A stretch of 64,000 nt of DNA, from the NCBI GenBank assembly GCA_965222605.1, contig OZ244960.1:704001-768000 (forward strand), given 5' to 3'. Positions within the stretch are counted from its first letter, which is position 1. Every line of letters starts with the position of its first letter. The DNA is from Candidatus Latescibacterota bacterium (lineage in GTDB: Bacteria > Latescibacterota > UBA2968). Positions 11,347 through 20,905 of this stretch are shown in pieces. Under the pieces are notes generated by a model that searched no databases, was not told the origin of the DNA, and was given only the letters and a program-made list of their open reading frames with translations. Both the position numbers and the translations under genes were made by a program.

Positions 11347-13140
11347 CTAACTCCCCCGTATTTCAAAAAACCTCTCATCATACTGGGCTTTATACATTTC
11401 AGAGAACAGCCCACGTTGATCAATGAGTTGTGAAACCGTACCTTCCTCTACAAGCTCACCATTCTTTCCCACCACCAGGATTCGATCTGCATCGAGTATC
11501 GTTGACAAGCGATGTGCGATAACCAGCGTGGTCTTCCCCTTTCTCAACTGCTCCAATGCCGTTTTTACACTTGCTTCTGTAAGGGCATCCAAAGATGCTG
11601 TGCCTTCATCTATCAGCAGCACATTTGGCCTTCGAACAAATGCACGCGCAATCGCGATTCTCTGCCGCTCGCCTCCCGACAGTGATTGACCATTTTCCCC
11701 AACAATTGTCTCGTACTGATCTGGAAATCCCAAAATATCACGATGTATTTGCGCCTGCTGTGACGCCTTCGTCATTGCATCATAAGTCGCATCATTGGGT
11801 TCCATTGGATATACGATATTTCTCCCAATAGTTGTATTCCAGAGAAACGGATCTTGCGGGATAAGACATAGATGGTCCCGCACGTATTCAGGCGATAGCT
11901 TGGAAAGCTCAAGTTCACCAAGCATGATCTCTCCTGAATCAGGATCGTAAAACCGCAGAAGCAAATCAAAAATTGTGCTCTTTCCTCCCCCGCTGGGACC
12001 GACGATGCCAATGAACTCTCCCTTCTTTATTTCAAAAGTCACGTTCTTGATTGCGAATCCGCGATTGTACCCAAATGAGACGTTCCTGAAAGCAATATGC
12101 ACCCCCCTATCGATTTCAAGTGCCGTATTAGGTCGATCAGCAATTGTCTCCTCTCTTCTCATCTTCAGCACATCATTGAGCTTGTCAAAAGAAATCTTGA
12201 CTCTATGGAGATCTACATAGACAGAGAAAGCACCTTTTAGAGCGGCATAAGCTCTGGGTACATAAGCCATAAACGCAACCAACGTTCCCACCGACATACT
12301 ACCATTCATGATTCCGAATGCCCCAACTCCGAAAAGAAGCCCGATAACGACGCTATTTATAACCTCATTGGGAAAGGCCACAACAATATGGTGAAAAGCA
12401 ACTGTTTTGAGTTTTTGGGTCTTGTGCTTTCGCAGCCAATCCTGCCAGAAGCGTCTTTCCCGAGACTCGCCGGAAAGAGACCGCACCGTCTTGATACCAG
12501 CAAACGTCTCCTGGAGAAATCTGTTTCCCCTCTCTATGTGATCTGAAAGAGGTCTCTCCAGAGCTTCGGACTTTCTGGTAAGCCTCCGGGTGATTACAAA
12601 CGTAACCGGAACTGCAAACATTGCGACGGCGGTTAACCTGTAATCCATCCAGAGCATCATCCCCAGAATCCCAAGCAGATTTATCCCGCTATGTGCGAGT
12701 GGCAAGACACGTTGCGCAATAAACATCTCGCCGATTTTCGCTGACTCAATGTTTATTCGGTAACTGAGGTCAGCGGTCGGTACCCCTTGCATATCTTCAA
12801 CCTTTGAACTGATAACGTGCTCAAAAACAGCCTCCCTTAACCCGATCGACACATGTTCTCCAATCCAGATACGGAGATACTCATGCCCATAGGTTATTGC
12901 TAAGCCAAAAAGTGGGATCAGCACGACCCCCAAAATACAATAAACACTAAGCTGCATATCCCTATCCGGAATCGCTTGATCAATCAGGATCCTATAGATG
13001 ACGGGCACAAACAAAGCGGGCACTACAGCGATTAGCATTGTTAAGAGAGTCAAAACGACGTGCCACTTTTTCTCTGAGAGCTTCGCCAGAACAATCTTCC
13101 CTGTGCCGGTAGCTAAGTAATATGAAAGTCCTGTTAGCAT
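11347..13140 (-). CDS. ABC exporter, fused permease/ATPase (MsbA/MdlB-like)
   Basis: Six-TM domain, Walker A GPSGGGKS, LSGGERQR signature, LLIDE Walker B. Confidence 0.92.
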   Translation of the reverse strand: MLTGLSYYLATGTGKIVLAKLSEKKWHVVLTLLTMLIAVVPALFVPVIYRILIDQAIPDRDMQLSVYCILGVVLIPLFGLAITYGHEYLRIWIGEHVSIGLREAVFEHVISSKVEDMQGVPTADLSYRINIESAKIGEMFIAQRVLPLAHSGINLLGILGMMLWMDYRLTAVAMFAVPVTFVITRRLTRKSEALERPLSDHIERGNRFLQETFAGIKTVRSLSGESRERRFWQDWLRKHKTQKLKTVAFHHIVVAFPNEVINSVVIGLLFGVGAFGIMNGSMSVGTLVAFMAYVPRAYAALKGAFSVYVDLHRVKISFDKLNDVLKMRREETIADRPNTALEIDRGVHIAFRNVSFGYNRGFAIKNVTFEIKKGEFIGIVGPSGGGKSTIFDLLLRFYDPDSGEIMLGELELSKLSPEYVRDHLCLIPQDPFLWNTTIGRNIVYPMEPNDATYDAMTKASQQAQIHRDILGFPDQYETIVGENGQSLSGGERQRIAIARAFVRRPNVLLIDEGTASLDALTEASVKTALEQLRKGKTTLVIAHRLSTILDADRILVVGKNGELVEEGTVSQLIDQRGLFSEMYKAQYDERFFEIRGS

Positions 13141-13160
13141 AATCTCCCCTTGTATCTCGC

Positions 13161-13201
13161 TTTTTATCTGTGTTCCTCGGTGTTTATCTGTGGTTGCTTT
13201 T
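13161..13201. repeat. short ~10-bp-period intergenic repeat
   Basis: TTTATCTGTG TTCCTCGGTG TTTATCTGTG GTTGCTTTT; related copy at 49141-49180. Confidence 0.55.
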
Positions 13202-13242
13202 GCGTCTTTGCGCTATGAACTGCTACCACAGTCATGCCCGAC

Positions 13243-13848
13243 TCACTCGCCTTCATACCCCATTCCATACATCCGACCCCATGCCTCTGCGAGTTGCTTG
13301 CGCGCGTGGAACAGCCGCGATTTCACTGTACCCTCTGGAATCGCCAGCCGTTCGGCAACCTCTCGAAGCGTCACCTCATCTTCGTACACCATCTGAAACA
13401 CCTCGCGCTTTTCCTCTGACAACGCATCGATCAACGCCTGCAAAATGCGCCGTTGTTCAGCGCGTTCCAATTGCACATCGGGTCCCAGTGCAGCCCGATC
13501 GATCATCCATCCCGGAACGGATCGTTCTTCGTCCTCCTCATCGTAAAGCGAAGGCATTTCCAGGGGCTGCTCGCGACGGCGACTTTTACTTCGCAATTGA
13601 TTCAGCGACAGATTTCTCGCAATCCGAAACAGCCACCCGCGAAATGACCCTTGCCCCGACCATTGATCGGCCCGATTCCAAACCCTGAGAAAAACCTCCT
13701 GTGTCAAATCATCTGCTGCGACCGGATCCCGCGTCATCCAACGCAGGCTCTCGGTCACCTGTACCTGATAGCGCGCAAACAGAATCGCAAAAGCCTCTTG
13801 ATCCCGCGCCACAATCCGCTGCATTAAAATCGCGTCCGATGGTGTCAA
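13243..13848 (-). CDS. ECF-family RNA polymerase sigma factor
   Basis: Region 2 ADDLTQEVFLRVW...FRGWLFRIARN, region 4 REVAERLAIPEGTVKSRLFHAR; likely TTG start 13848 after AGGAGG. Confidence 0.93.
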   Translation of the reverse strand: MTPSDAILMQRIVARDQEAFAILFARYQVQVTESLRWMTRDPVAADDLTQEVFLRVWNRADQWSGQGSFRGWLFRIARNLSLNQLRSKSRRREQPLEMPSLYDEEDEERSVPGWMIDRAALGPDVQLERAEQRRILQALIDALSEEKREVFQMVYEDEVTLREVAERLAIPEGTVKSRLFHARKQLAEAWGRMYGMGYEGE

Positions 13849-13868
13849 AAAATATCCTCCTGTGAGAA

Positions 13869-13895
13869 TCGACACCGCCCAATGCCCAGAGGTTC
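13869..13895 (-). promoter_or_regulatory. ECF-type promoter upstream of the sigma gene
   Basis: Minus strand GAACCT-16nt-GTCGA, matching the RpoE-like GAACyT-N16-GTC pattern. Confidence 0.65.
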
Positions 13896-13928
13896 AAAAA
13901 AAAGCGCAGCCCTTTGGGACTGCGCTTC
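13896..13928 (-). terminator. intrinsic terminator
   Basis: AAGCGCAGTCCC-AAA-GGGCTGCGCTT plus T-run on minus strand. Confidence 0.8.
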
Positions 13929-13951
13929 AGTTACAGATACCTCCGTGCCTC

Positions 13952-14899
13952 TTACCCATCGTCCTTAGACTGATCTGGCAACAAAAAGACCCCCTTGAAA
14001 TGGCTGAAGGACACCTCCTCTAAAAATTCAACTTCCGCCTCAAATTCGCGTCGAATCACCACGCGATCCTCTGCATCTTCAACACTGGCCTCGAGTTGTC
14101 GATCCATCAGCTCAAAAACCTTGCTTCGCACCTCCTCCCTCATTTTCCCCTCTTCAAAGCACCTCTGGCGAAACACCTCAATCTGTACATCCGATGGCAA
14201 AAGCGATTCCATATCTAATGCCAGTGCCAGAATGAGATTCCGCAGCAACCCGTCATACGTGCGCCCTTCAACAGCTATTTCCAATTCGGTCAGTGCCGCT
14301 TTGGGAATAGACCGCAAAAACGCAAACCGCCTGAGCGCGACCTGATAAGCCGCGTAATCGCGCTTTGGATCGACCAACTGGAATTCATCTTCATCGTCAT
14401 CAGGGGGACGCATCCAGGTCTCTGGCACCGCATTTGCCCAGCGGGATACCGCGCAGTATTCGGACTTCAAAAACTTCACCTCGGGGCGCAGCAACATCGC
14501 CCGACACATCTGTGCCATTTCCTGCAATCGGAAAAATGCGATTTCATACCCGCGCTTTCGGCACGCTTCAAAATCTCCTTCCGCAATAATTTCCACAGCC
14601 CGGTTTAAATCACTTTCTGCACGCGCCTCCAAACCGAGATCCATAGAAATCAGCGCCTGCCGCACCCCGTGTTCCAAATCTCCACGCCTGATTGCAATAC
14701 CCGACCGGTTGCGCTTGCCATAGTGCAAACCCTGCAAGCGCAAAAAGCCCAAAAGCGCGTCCCCAATATTGGGCGGCAGCTTTTCAAAGCGCGTCCCCAA
14801 TTCGATAACCTGCCCTACAAAACTCTCGGAATCAATGCGAAACCGACTCAAATCCAGCGTTGCAAGTGGATTTTGTACAGAACGCCGTTCACTGTTCAT
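13952..14899 (-). CDS. hypothetical alpha-helical protein (possible DUF6178/6179-like)
   Basis: 315-aa ORF overlapping upstream stop; segment ISMDLGLEARAESDLNRAVEII...KRGY recalls the DUF6178 C-terminal region. Confidence 0.6.
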   Translation of the reverse strand: MNSERRSVQNPLATLDLSRFRIDSESFVGQVIELGTRFEKLPPNIGDALLGFLRLQGLHYGKRNRSGIAIRRGDLEHGVRQALISMDLGLEARAESDLNRAVEIIAEGDFEACRKRGYEIAFFRLQEMAQMCRAMLLRPEVKFLKSEYCAVSRWANAVPETWMRPPDDDEDEFQLVDPKRDYAAYQVALRRFAFLRSIPKAALTELEIAVEGRTYDGLLRNLILALALDMESLLPSDVQIEVFRQRCFEEGKMREEVRSKVFELMDRQLEASVEDAEDRVVIRREFEAEVEFLEEVSFSHFKGVFLLPDQSKDDG

Positions 14900-15827
14900 C
14901 GTGCCTCCTCGCCCACGCCCCGCGAATGACGGACCGCATCAAATCGGCATCCGCATCGAAAAGTGCATCCAGAACACCCCCGACAACGGGATCCTCCAGT
15001 ATCGTACTCGGTTTTTCACCCACAGCCGCTTCTTCGGAAAAGAGTCGGTGCCGGGGAATCGCAGCCCCGGCAGAACCCACGATCTCATTCATTCGCATGT
15101 CCTTCACGTATGGAGTCAGGGCTTCTTCGAGCAACTCGGGATCCACACTGTTCAGCAACTCGGCACACTTATTCGCGTCCCCCAGTGTAGATAATGCCCG
15201 AAGCCACTCAAACGATACTTTTGACCTGGCCCCGGCACTGTCCATCGGCTCTAATGTGTCTTCCACAGTGCGTCGAAAAGTACCCGGCGTCATAGCGCGT
15301 ATCAAATGCGCGTTAAAATCTTGCCGCTCCGGGTCATAATCAATCAGCCCCGTCAACATCTCTGTAGGCAAATGCGCCACCACATCTGTCGAATAGCCCG
15401 GATTGCCATCTTCATCCATACCCGTAATAGACAGCACAGTCTCTGGATCTTCATCCAAAACAACGAGCGCGGCCTGCGCTTCAACTGCCAGAGTCTGCAC
15501 CAGTGCCCTGGCATCTTCTTTTTTGCCCTCGCGAAGCAAGTCGCGTATCTGGCTGCTCTGCGCGGCTAATTCCATAAATCCAGTTGACCACGCACCGATT
15601 ACCAACCGGTCTTCACGAACCTCGATGGGTTTCACTTCTGGTTCTTCTGCCTGAACCGCGGTACCCATCGAATGAGATTTGAGACTAATTCTCCCCCTTT
15701 CTACTTTGTCCTTACACGTCACGCACAAGCGCGTGTAGGGAACAGCCCGGAGGCGTTCTTCTGAAATAATCGCCTCGCACATGACACACCTCACCCCCGT
15801 CCCGCCATCGAGCGGCTGTTGTGCCAT
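14889..15827 (-). CDS. protein with N-terminal TraR/DksA C4 zinc finger and unknown C-terminal domain
   Basis: CVMCEAIISEERLRAVPYTRLCVTCK; start MAQQP at 15827 after GGAGGG. Confidence 0.8.
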   Translation of the reverse strand: MAQQPLDGGTGVRCVMCEAIISEERLRAVPYTRLCVTCKDKVERGRISLKSHSMGTAVQAEEPEVKPIEVREDRLVIGAWSTGFMELAAQSSQIRDLLREGKKEDARALVQTLAVEAQAALVVLDEDPETVLSITGMDEDGNPGYSTDVVAHLPTEMLTGLIDYDPERQDFNAHLIRAMTPGTFRRTVEDTLEPMDSAGARSKVSFEWLRALSTLGDANKCAELLNSVDPELLEEALTPYVKDMRMNEIVGSAGAAIPRHRLFSEEAAVGEKPSTILEDPVVGGVLDALFDADADLMRSVIRGAWARRHDEQ

Positions 15828-15897
15828 ATTGCCCTCCATTGAGGTTTTGAAAATCCTCCGCACCCATCGCGGAGACGACAGAACCATAGCGCAGATA

Positions 15898-15926
15898 AAT
15901 TTAATCGAATAGATACCAAATGTCAA
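15898..15926 (-). promoter_or_regulatory. sigma-70 promoter for zinc-finger operon
   Basis: TTGACA-17nt-TAAATT on minus strand. Confidence 0.6.
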
Positions 15927-15960
15927 CTTTTAACTTACTGTTTATCAAAGATTTACAAAC

Positions 15961-15989
15961 TTGACAAACAAAGCTAAGTTTGTTATATT
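15961..15989 (+). promoter_or_regulatory. sigma-70 promoter with no downstream ORF
   Basis: TTGACA-17nt-TATATT; overlapped by inverted repeat ACAAACTT...AAGTTTGT. Confidence 0.6.
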
Positions 15990-16058
15990 AATACCGTAGC
16001 CGAGAAGATCGGATGTGATCTTGTCGGTATTTTTTATTTTCATATTCCATTGCGCCAC

Positions 16059-16107
16059 AAACAAATAAAGGCCCGATTCGAAAATTCAATCGCGCCTTTA
16101 TTTGTTC
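16059..16107. terminator. stem-loop downstream of nadC
   Basis: AACAAATAAAGGC...GCCTTTATTTGTT inverted repeat. Confidence 0.6.
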
Positions 16108-16131
16108 ATATTGGACACTATATCCTATTTT

Positions 16132-16986
16132 CTATCGAAACAGCATACTAATATCCAGCGCCTGCACCGAATGTGTAAGCGCACCCACTGAAATAAAATC
16201 CACGCCCGTTTCTGCAATTGCTCGCACGCTATCTAAGGACACATTGCCCGAGGCTTCCAATTCGGGCTTTTTGCCTTTTAATTGCCGCACCTTTTCCACG
16301 GCTTCGCGCATCTCATTCAAACTCATATTGTCTAACATCACGCGATCCGCACCCAAAACGAGGACCTCATCGAGTTCTGATAGCGTTTCCACCTCCACCT
16401 CCACGGGCACTTCTCGGCCTTCAAAATCCATTCCTTTCCACACCGAAAGCAGTGCTGGCCCAATGCCGTCCGCTGCCTCAATGTGATTCTCCTTCATCAG
16501 CACCATATCGAACAACCCCACCCGATGATTTACCCCACCACCTGTAGCAACGGCATATTTGTCTAATAACCGCAATCCCGGCACAGTTTTGCGCGTATCC
16601 AGAATCCGCGTCTGTGTCCCCTGTACCGCCTCTACAAACTGTGCCGTCATCGTTGCAATGCCCGACATGCGCTGCAAAAAATTCAACGCAACGCGCTCGC
16701 CTGTCAACAGCCCACGTGCAGGACCAGAAACCTCAGCCAAAACATCGCCATCCGCAACGCGCTCGCCATCTTCGACCTGTACCTCAAATACAATCTCTTT
16801 CTCTACCGCTTCAAACACCCATTGCGCCACATCCAATCCGGCAATCACGCCATCTGCTCTCGCAATAATTTTCGCCTTTGCACGTTTTGTTAATGGCACG
16901 GTCCATCTCGTCGTAATATCCCCATCCCCCACATCTTCTACTATTGCCCGCTCAATCACTGGCATAATATCTTCGCGCTTTAACAT
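16132..16986 (-). CDS. nadC: nicotinate-nucleotide pyrophosphorylase (carboxylating)
   Basis: EDVGDGDITT, ERVALNFLQRMSGIAT, DTRKTVPGLR, HRVGLFD, EASGN, ISVGALTHS. Confidence 0.97.
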   Translation of the reverse strand: MLKREDIMPVIERAIVEDVGDGDITTRWTVPLTKRAKAKIIARADGVIAGLDVAQWVFEAVEKEIVFEVQVEDGERVADGDVLAEVSGPARGLLTGERVALNFLQRMSGIATMTAQFVEAVQGTQTRILDTRKTVPGLRLLDKYAVATGGGVNHRVGLFDMVLMKENHIEAADGIGPALLSVWKGMDFEGREVPVEVEVETLSELDEVLVLGADRVMLDNMSLNEMREAVEKVRQLKGKKPELEASGNVSLDSVRAIAETGVDFISVGALTHSVQALDISMLFR

Positions 16987-16987
16987 G

Positions 16988-17569
16988 TCAAAAACCCTCT
17001 GGTATTTCAAACACCACCCCATCCCGCTTTTTTTCGTAAAAAATAATCTTTATATCTATGGATTCAGCTAAATTTTGGGAGCGATAGGTACTGGGCTTAA
17101 TCGAATACGCTTCCTCTTCCACAAAACCATCTATGCCCTGGGATTCTTCATAAGGTTCTGCCAAACGATAACCGCAGCCTTTAATTTCTGATAGCTTTCG
17201 CAGGATCGCCTCCTGGAATTTGAGTCCAGTGAAGGTCTTGACAAGAACCAGGTCCTCTACCCATGATCTCACCATATCCCGGTCAATTTTGGGAAACACC
17301 ACGCTGAAGTTCTCTATCATTGAAATTATTTTATCCGTCGCATTATCAATCGCATCGGGATAGTGTTCTTGATACCACACAACCCATTCTTCAAAAGTTT
17401 GCCCTGGAAATTCCTGAATCAGATCGCTCATTTGCCCAACAACTCGTTGCCGCGTACCCTGAGAATTTTGATTTGCGAGATTCATCAATTGGGTCGTGTA
17501 CTTTGGAAATTCGCTGGCAGGTGCGCTCACATATTCTTGAATCTCAGCATTTTTTAATTTAATTTCCAT
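16988..17569 (-). CDS. type II restriction endonuclease, MjaI family
   Basis: FPKYTTQLMNLANQNSQGTR...VGQMSDLIQEF...EESQGIDGF...SIKP; adjacent to a DNA MTase. Confidence 0.85.
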   Translation of the reverse strand: MEIKLKNAEIQEYVSAPASEFPKYTTQLMNLANQNSQGTRQRVVGQMSDLIQEFPGQTFEEWVVWYQEHYPDAIDNATDKIISMIENFSVVFPKIDRDMVRSWVEDLVLVKTFTGLKFQEAILRKLSEIKGCGYRLAEPYEESQGIDGFVEEEAYSIKPSTYRSQNLAESIDIKIIFYEKKRDGVVFEIPEGF

Positions 17570-17594
17570 TCATAATCCTTTGTACGATATGGGA

Positions 17595-18755
17595 TCACTG
17601 CCCATTTAACAGATCGAGTTGAGTCTCATTTTTAGCCAAGGATTTTGAGGTAGTTTCGTTCCTACTTTGGTCGTAAACTATATCTTGAGGGTTCTCTGAA
17701 TACGTGACCTCAAAGACATTATCACCAACCTCTTGCACCTCTTTTAAGCCATTCAATAAAATAGACTGTTCCTGGCTCGTCACCACGGGGTATCCATAAT
17801 ACCTGTTCGTATATTTTAGCGGTCCTGACGCCTGGATTCGATTTTCGACAAACTCAAAATGTTTCATCAATCTGTCGCGCAAATAATCATTTGAAAAATC
17901 GACAATCTGTCGCGCCATCGGGCAAATCGCACTGTGAAAACTTTTGTCAATTTCAACGCCAATACTATTGCGCCCCGACGTCATCGCAGCCGCCATTGTG
18001 GTTCCCGTACCCAAAAACGGATCGAAAATCACATCGCCTTTCACAGAGTACATATTGATCAGGCGATAAGCCAAATCATAGGGAAAGGCAGCACTTCTCA
18101 ATCGCGACGAGTACGGACAGGTTTCAAACCTGTCCCTAACAGAAAGCCTCTGCCCAGTACCCTTAATATCCATCCAAACATCCGAATACCAAATATTCCT
18201 CTCCTCCCAAAACAAAGCACTCTCGCGCCTGTTCTGTTTTTCGCATTCCGTCTTAAATTCTCTTTTAGAGCCCTTTCGGAAAATCAAAATATACTCGTGT
18301 TCCAGAGTCACATAAGCGCCAGCGGGTAACATACCCGATCCCATAAATTTATTGGGAGCATTGGTTTGTTTTCGCCAGAGAATATCGGGGAGTGCTGAAA
18401 AACCGATACTTAAGAGATAATTCAATATCCGCGCGTGATTTGGATACAAACAAAAATCATCGCCTACCTTCCGCGTCGCATCGCCAATATTGATACAAGC
18501 AAATCGACCATCTTTTAAGACCCTGAACACTTCATCCCATACAGAATCGAGAATTTTGTGCATCAACTCATGGGCCAACTTACCATTCCCGGTCTTTAAT
18601 GCCTTTTCGATCTCTAAATGCTGGCTGCCAAATATATCATCCCACATGCCAATCATAGGATATGGCGGTGATGTCACCACCAGATCGACACTCTCTGAAG
18701 GGATCTCCTTTAAATTTCTCGCATCCCGATAAAATATTTGATGGGTCGTTTTCAT
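17595..18755 (-). CDS. site-specific DNA methyltransferase (N4-C/N6-A, beta class)
   Basis: VVTSPPY catalytic motif precedes DPFLGTGTT SAM-binding motif. Confidence 0.92.
   Translation of the reverse strand: MKTTHQIFYRDARNLKEIPSESVDLVVTSPPYPMIGMWDDIFGSQHLEIEKALKTGNGKLAHELMHKILDSVWDEVFRVLKDGRFACINIGDATRKVGDDFCLYPNHARILNYLLSIGFSALPDILWRKQTNAPNKFMGSGMLPAGAYVTLEHEYILIFRKGSKREFKTECEKQNRRESALFWEERNIWYSDVWMDIKGTGQRLSVRDRFETCPYSSRLRSAAFPYDLAYRLINMYSVKGDVIFDPFLGTGTTMAAAMTSGRNSIGVEIDKSFHSAICPMARQIVDFSNDYLRDRLMKHFEFVENRIQASGPLKYTNRYYGYPVVTSQEQSILLNGLKEVQEVGDNVFEVTYSENPQDIVYDQSRNETTSKSLAKNETQLDLLNGQ
18111..18140. repeat. REP-like palindrome in frame within the MTase gene
   Basis: GTACGGACAGGTTTCAAACCTGTCCCTAAC with GGACAGGTTT/AAACCTGTCC arms. 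Confidence 0.65.
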
Positions 18756-18762
18756 AAATTTT

Positions 18763-20751
18763 TTACGCCACCTCTGCCTTTAGTCGTGCAATCTCATCGC
18801 GATATTGCGCTGCCTTCTCAAACTCCAAATTCTCCGCCGCTTCACCCATTTTGCGCGTCAACTCTTCAATTATATCCAACTGATTGGCTCCCTTCAGATA
18901 TTCTGGCGATTCTTCGGCGACCATTGGCAGGTCTTCGGCCTTCTCATCGGCCACAGCCGTCGTCTGGAGAATCTCTTCTCTGGTCTTGTAAAGCGTCTCG
19001 GGCGTAATGCCGTGTATGATATTATGATCCTCCTGCAATGCCCGACGGCGATTCGTCTCATCAATGGCGCGCTGCATCGAATTCGTCACCCGATCCGCAT
19101 ACATAATAACTGTACCCGCTGCATTGCGCGCGGCTCGCCCAGCCGTCTGAATCAATGACCGCTCCGACCGCAAAAACCCTTCCTTATCCGCATCCAGAAT
19201 AGCAACCAGCGACACCTCTGGCAGATCCAACCCCTCGCGCAACAAGTTCACGCCCACGAGCACATCGAACTCACCCAACCGCAAATTCCTGATAATTGCC
19301 ACGCGCTCGAGCGAATCGACATCCGAGTGCATATAGCGCGCCCTGATACCCAACTCGCGCATATACTCCGACAAATCCTCTGCCATGCGCTTGGTCAATG
19401 TTGTCACCAGCACGCGATCACCGCTTTCTACTCTTACCCGTGATTCTTCGATAAGATCATCAACCTGTCCGCGCACAGGCCGCACCACCATCTCGGGATC
19501 GAGCAAACCAGTCGGACGAATCACCTGCTCTACCACCACGCCTTGACACTGTTCCAACTCGTAATCCGCAGGTGTGGCCGACATAAAAACGATCTGCTTT
19601 GCCTTCTGTTCAAACTCTTCAAAATACAAAGGGCGATTGTCCAATGCCGCGGGCAACCTGAACCCGTGTTCAATCAACACCTCTTTGCGGGACCTATCCC
19701 CATTCCACATACCGCGCAACTGCGGAATCGTCACATGGGATTCATCCAGCACAATCAAAAAATCGTCCGCGAAATAATCCAGCAACACATAAGGAGCTTC
19801 CCCAGGATTTCGTCCATCGATATACCGCGAATAATTTTCAATCCCCTGACAGAAACCAATCTCGCGCATCATCTCAATATCGTAGCGCGTGCGCATCTCC
19901 AGCCGCTGTGCCTCTAACAACTTGCCCTGATCGTTAAATGCCTCCAGTTGTTTGGCCAAATCCACCTCGATCTGGACAATGGCTTTCTCAATCCGATTGC
20001 CACTGGTTACAAAGTGCTTGGCCGGATAAATGACAAGTCGATCTCGTTCCGCAAGCACCTCGCCCGTCACGGGATGCACCTCACTCAACGCATCGATCTC
20101 ATCGCCAAAAAACTCCACGCGCACCGGATGCTCGCGCTCGGGCGGATAAATTTCGACCACATCGCCCCGCACCCGAAACGCGCTCGGCTCAAAAGCCACA
20201 TCATTGCGCGTAAAATGAATATCCACCAGCTTGCGCAACATCGCATCGCGATCCATCTCTGCCCCGCGGTCCAGAATCACCAGATGATCTTCGTATTCGT
20301 CCGGATTGCCAATACCGTAAATACACGACACACTCGCCACAATGATCACATCTCGCCGCTCCATCAAAGCACTCGTCGCGCGCAGGCGCAAGCGGTTGAT
20401 CTCATCGTTAATATCCGCTTCTTTTTCAATAAACGTATCCGTAACCGGTTTATATGCTTCGGGCTGGTAATAATCGTAATACGAAATAAAATACTCCACC
20501 GCATTATTCGGGAAAAAACTGCGAAATTCACCGTAGAGTTGCGCCGCCAGGGTTTTGTTATGGGAAATCACGAGCGTGGGCTTTTGAACAGCTTCAATCA
20601 CCTTGGACAAAGAAAAAGTCTTACCCGTACCCGTTGCCCCCATCAAAGTCTGGTATGGCATACCATCTCGAACACCCTCGACGAGTTCTTCAATCGCCTG
20701 AGGCTGATCGCCGGCAGGCTCAAAAGGCGATACCACTTCAAATCGCGGCAT
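18763..20751 (-). CDS. uvrB: excinuclease ABC subunit B
   Basis: [31 protein letters not shown]-terminal UVR domain. Confidence 0.98.
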   Translation of the reverse strand: MPRFEVVSPFEPAGDQPQAIEELVEGVRDGMPYQTLMGATGTGKTFSLSKVIEAVQKPTLVISHNKTLAAQLYGEFRSFFPNNAVEYFISYYDYYQPEAYKPVTDTFIEKEADINDEINRLRLRATSALMERRDVIIVASVSCIYGIGNPDEYEDHLVILDRGAEMDRDAMLRKLVDIHFTRNDVAFEPSAFRVRGDVVEIYPPEREHPVRVEFFGDEIDALSEVHPVTGEVLAERDRLVIYPAKHFVTSGNRIEKAIVQIEVDLAKQLEAFNDQGKLLEAQRLEMRTRYDIEMMREIGFCQGIENYSRYIDGRNPGEAPYVLLDYFADDFLIVLDESHVTIPQLRGMWNGDRSRKEVLIEHGFRLPAALDNRPLYFEEFEQKAKQIVFMSATPADYELEQCQGVVVEQVIRPTGLLDPEMVVRPVRGQVDDLIEESRVRVESGDRVLVTTLTKRMAEDLSEYMRELGIRARYMHSDVDSLERVAIIRNLRLGEFDVLVGVNLLREGLDLPEVSLVAILDADKEGFLRSERSLIQTAGRAARNAAGTVIMYADRVTNSMQRAIDETNRRRALQEDHNIIHGITPETLYKTREEILQTTAVADEKAEDLPMVAEESPEYLKGANQLDIIEELTRKMGEAAENLEFEKAAQYRDEIARLKAEVA

Positions 20752-20905
20752 AATGATTTCCTCTAAAAAAATTAGTGGTTAAGCTTCCGCTCCCCACCCT
20801 CTCTTGACTCACACCCCATAACTACTTTAATTTAGAAAGAGAATTACCGAAATGCAAGGTCAACCCCGCTGTTTTCACCTGCGGGTGAACACACAGGAGG
20901 TTCCC

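Noticed and set aside
14889-15827. Calling this gene dksA
   Set aside because: Only the zinc finger is present; no coiled-coil DxxDxA motif
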